Source of the DNA: Paragordius varius
Taxonomy: Eukaryota > Animalia > Nematomorpha
DNA: 64,000 nucleotides
Direction of reading: 5' to 3'
Assembly: GCA_964247055.1 (NCBI GenBank)
Contig: OZ176053.1
Span: 2,170,001 to 2,234,000, forward strand
Shown in pieces: positions 63,840 through 64,000 of this stretch. The first letter of the stretch is position 1, and each line of letters opens with the position of its first letter. A program made the translations under genes and the position numbers. Below the pieces are notes generated by a model. The model had not been told where the DNA came from. It saw nothing but the letters and a program-made list of their open reading frames with translations, and did not search any database.

Positions 63840-64000
63840 GCTTTTTGACTTCATGTTTGAAGGTTTCCATTTACGGTCTTATTCCAAAGGTCCTTATCTA
63901 GACATTTGGTAATGTCGAGGTTTAGTATTTTTATGTCATTTTTAATGTTGTCGCTTCAGGAATGTGTTGGGCGCCCTTTGCGGTTGTTTCCAAAGGGTTG
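63840..64000 (-). mobile_element. RTE-clade LINE 3' end in SARS intron 7 (runs off the window)
   Basis: GNNRKGRPTHS*SDNIKNDIKILNLDITKCLDKDLWNKTVNG* followed by an (AAGT)3 tail. Confidence 0.75.

Overview
Very AT-rich animal (metazoan) genomic DNA, standard genetic code, no prokaryotic features. Seven genes were reconstructed by hand with consistent exon phases: a synaptotagmin-like/bitesize-type Rab effector (minus, 26181 to at least 1641), an intronless class A GPCR nested antisense in its first intron (17593-18927), an RPUSD3/4-like pseudouridine synthase absent from the ORF track as a unit (minus, 29954-26289), a calumenin/reticulocalbin (29997-33896), an alpha/beta-type syntrophin (minus, 46177 to about 38300), mitochondrial aspartate aminotransferase GOT2 (46242-51742) and cytosolic seryl-tRNA synthetase (55816 to beyond the window end). 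A possible eighth, unidentified gene lies head-to-head with SARS. Introns and intergenic DNA are full of MITEs (at least seven families) and decayed mariner, RTE-LINE, Gypsy and Chapaev3-like relics. The most striking observations are: (1) two unrelated transposons, each folded back into a long inverted duplication of its 3' part inside a host intron (about 1.4 kb and 0.44 kb arms), so host pre-mRNAs would carry transposase/integrase dsRNA hairpins; (2) extremely tight gene starts (42 nt and 64 nt between divergent ATGs, 107 nt between a stop and the next co-directional ATG), including one ATGCAT palindrome that may start both syntrophin and an alternative GOT2 isoform; (3) 25-44 nt introns confined to the 5' ends of genes, beside introns up to 9.5 kb, with degenerate splice signals; (4) conserved domains of the scaffold proteins split by long low-complexity insertions. 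All assignments come from manual translation and remembered family motifs; no database search was run and repeat boundaries are approximate.
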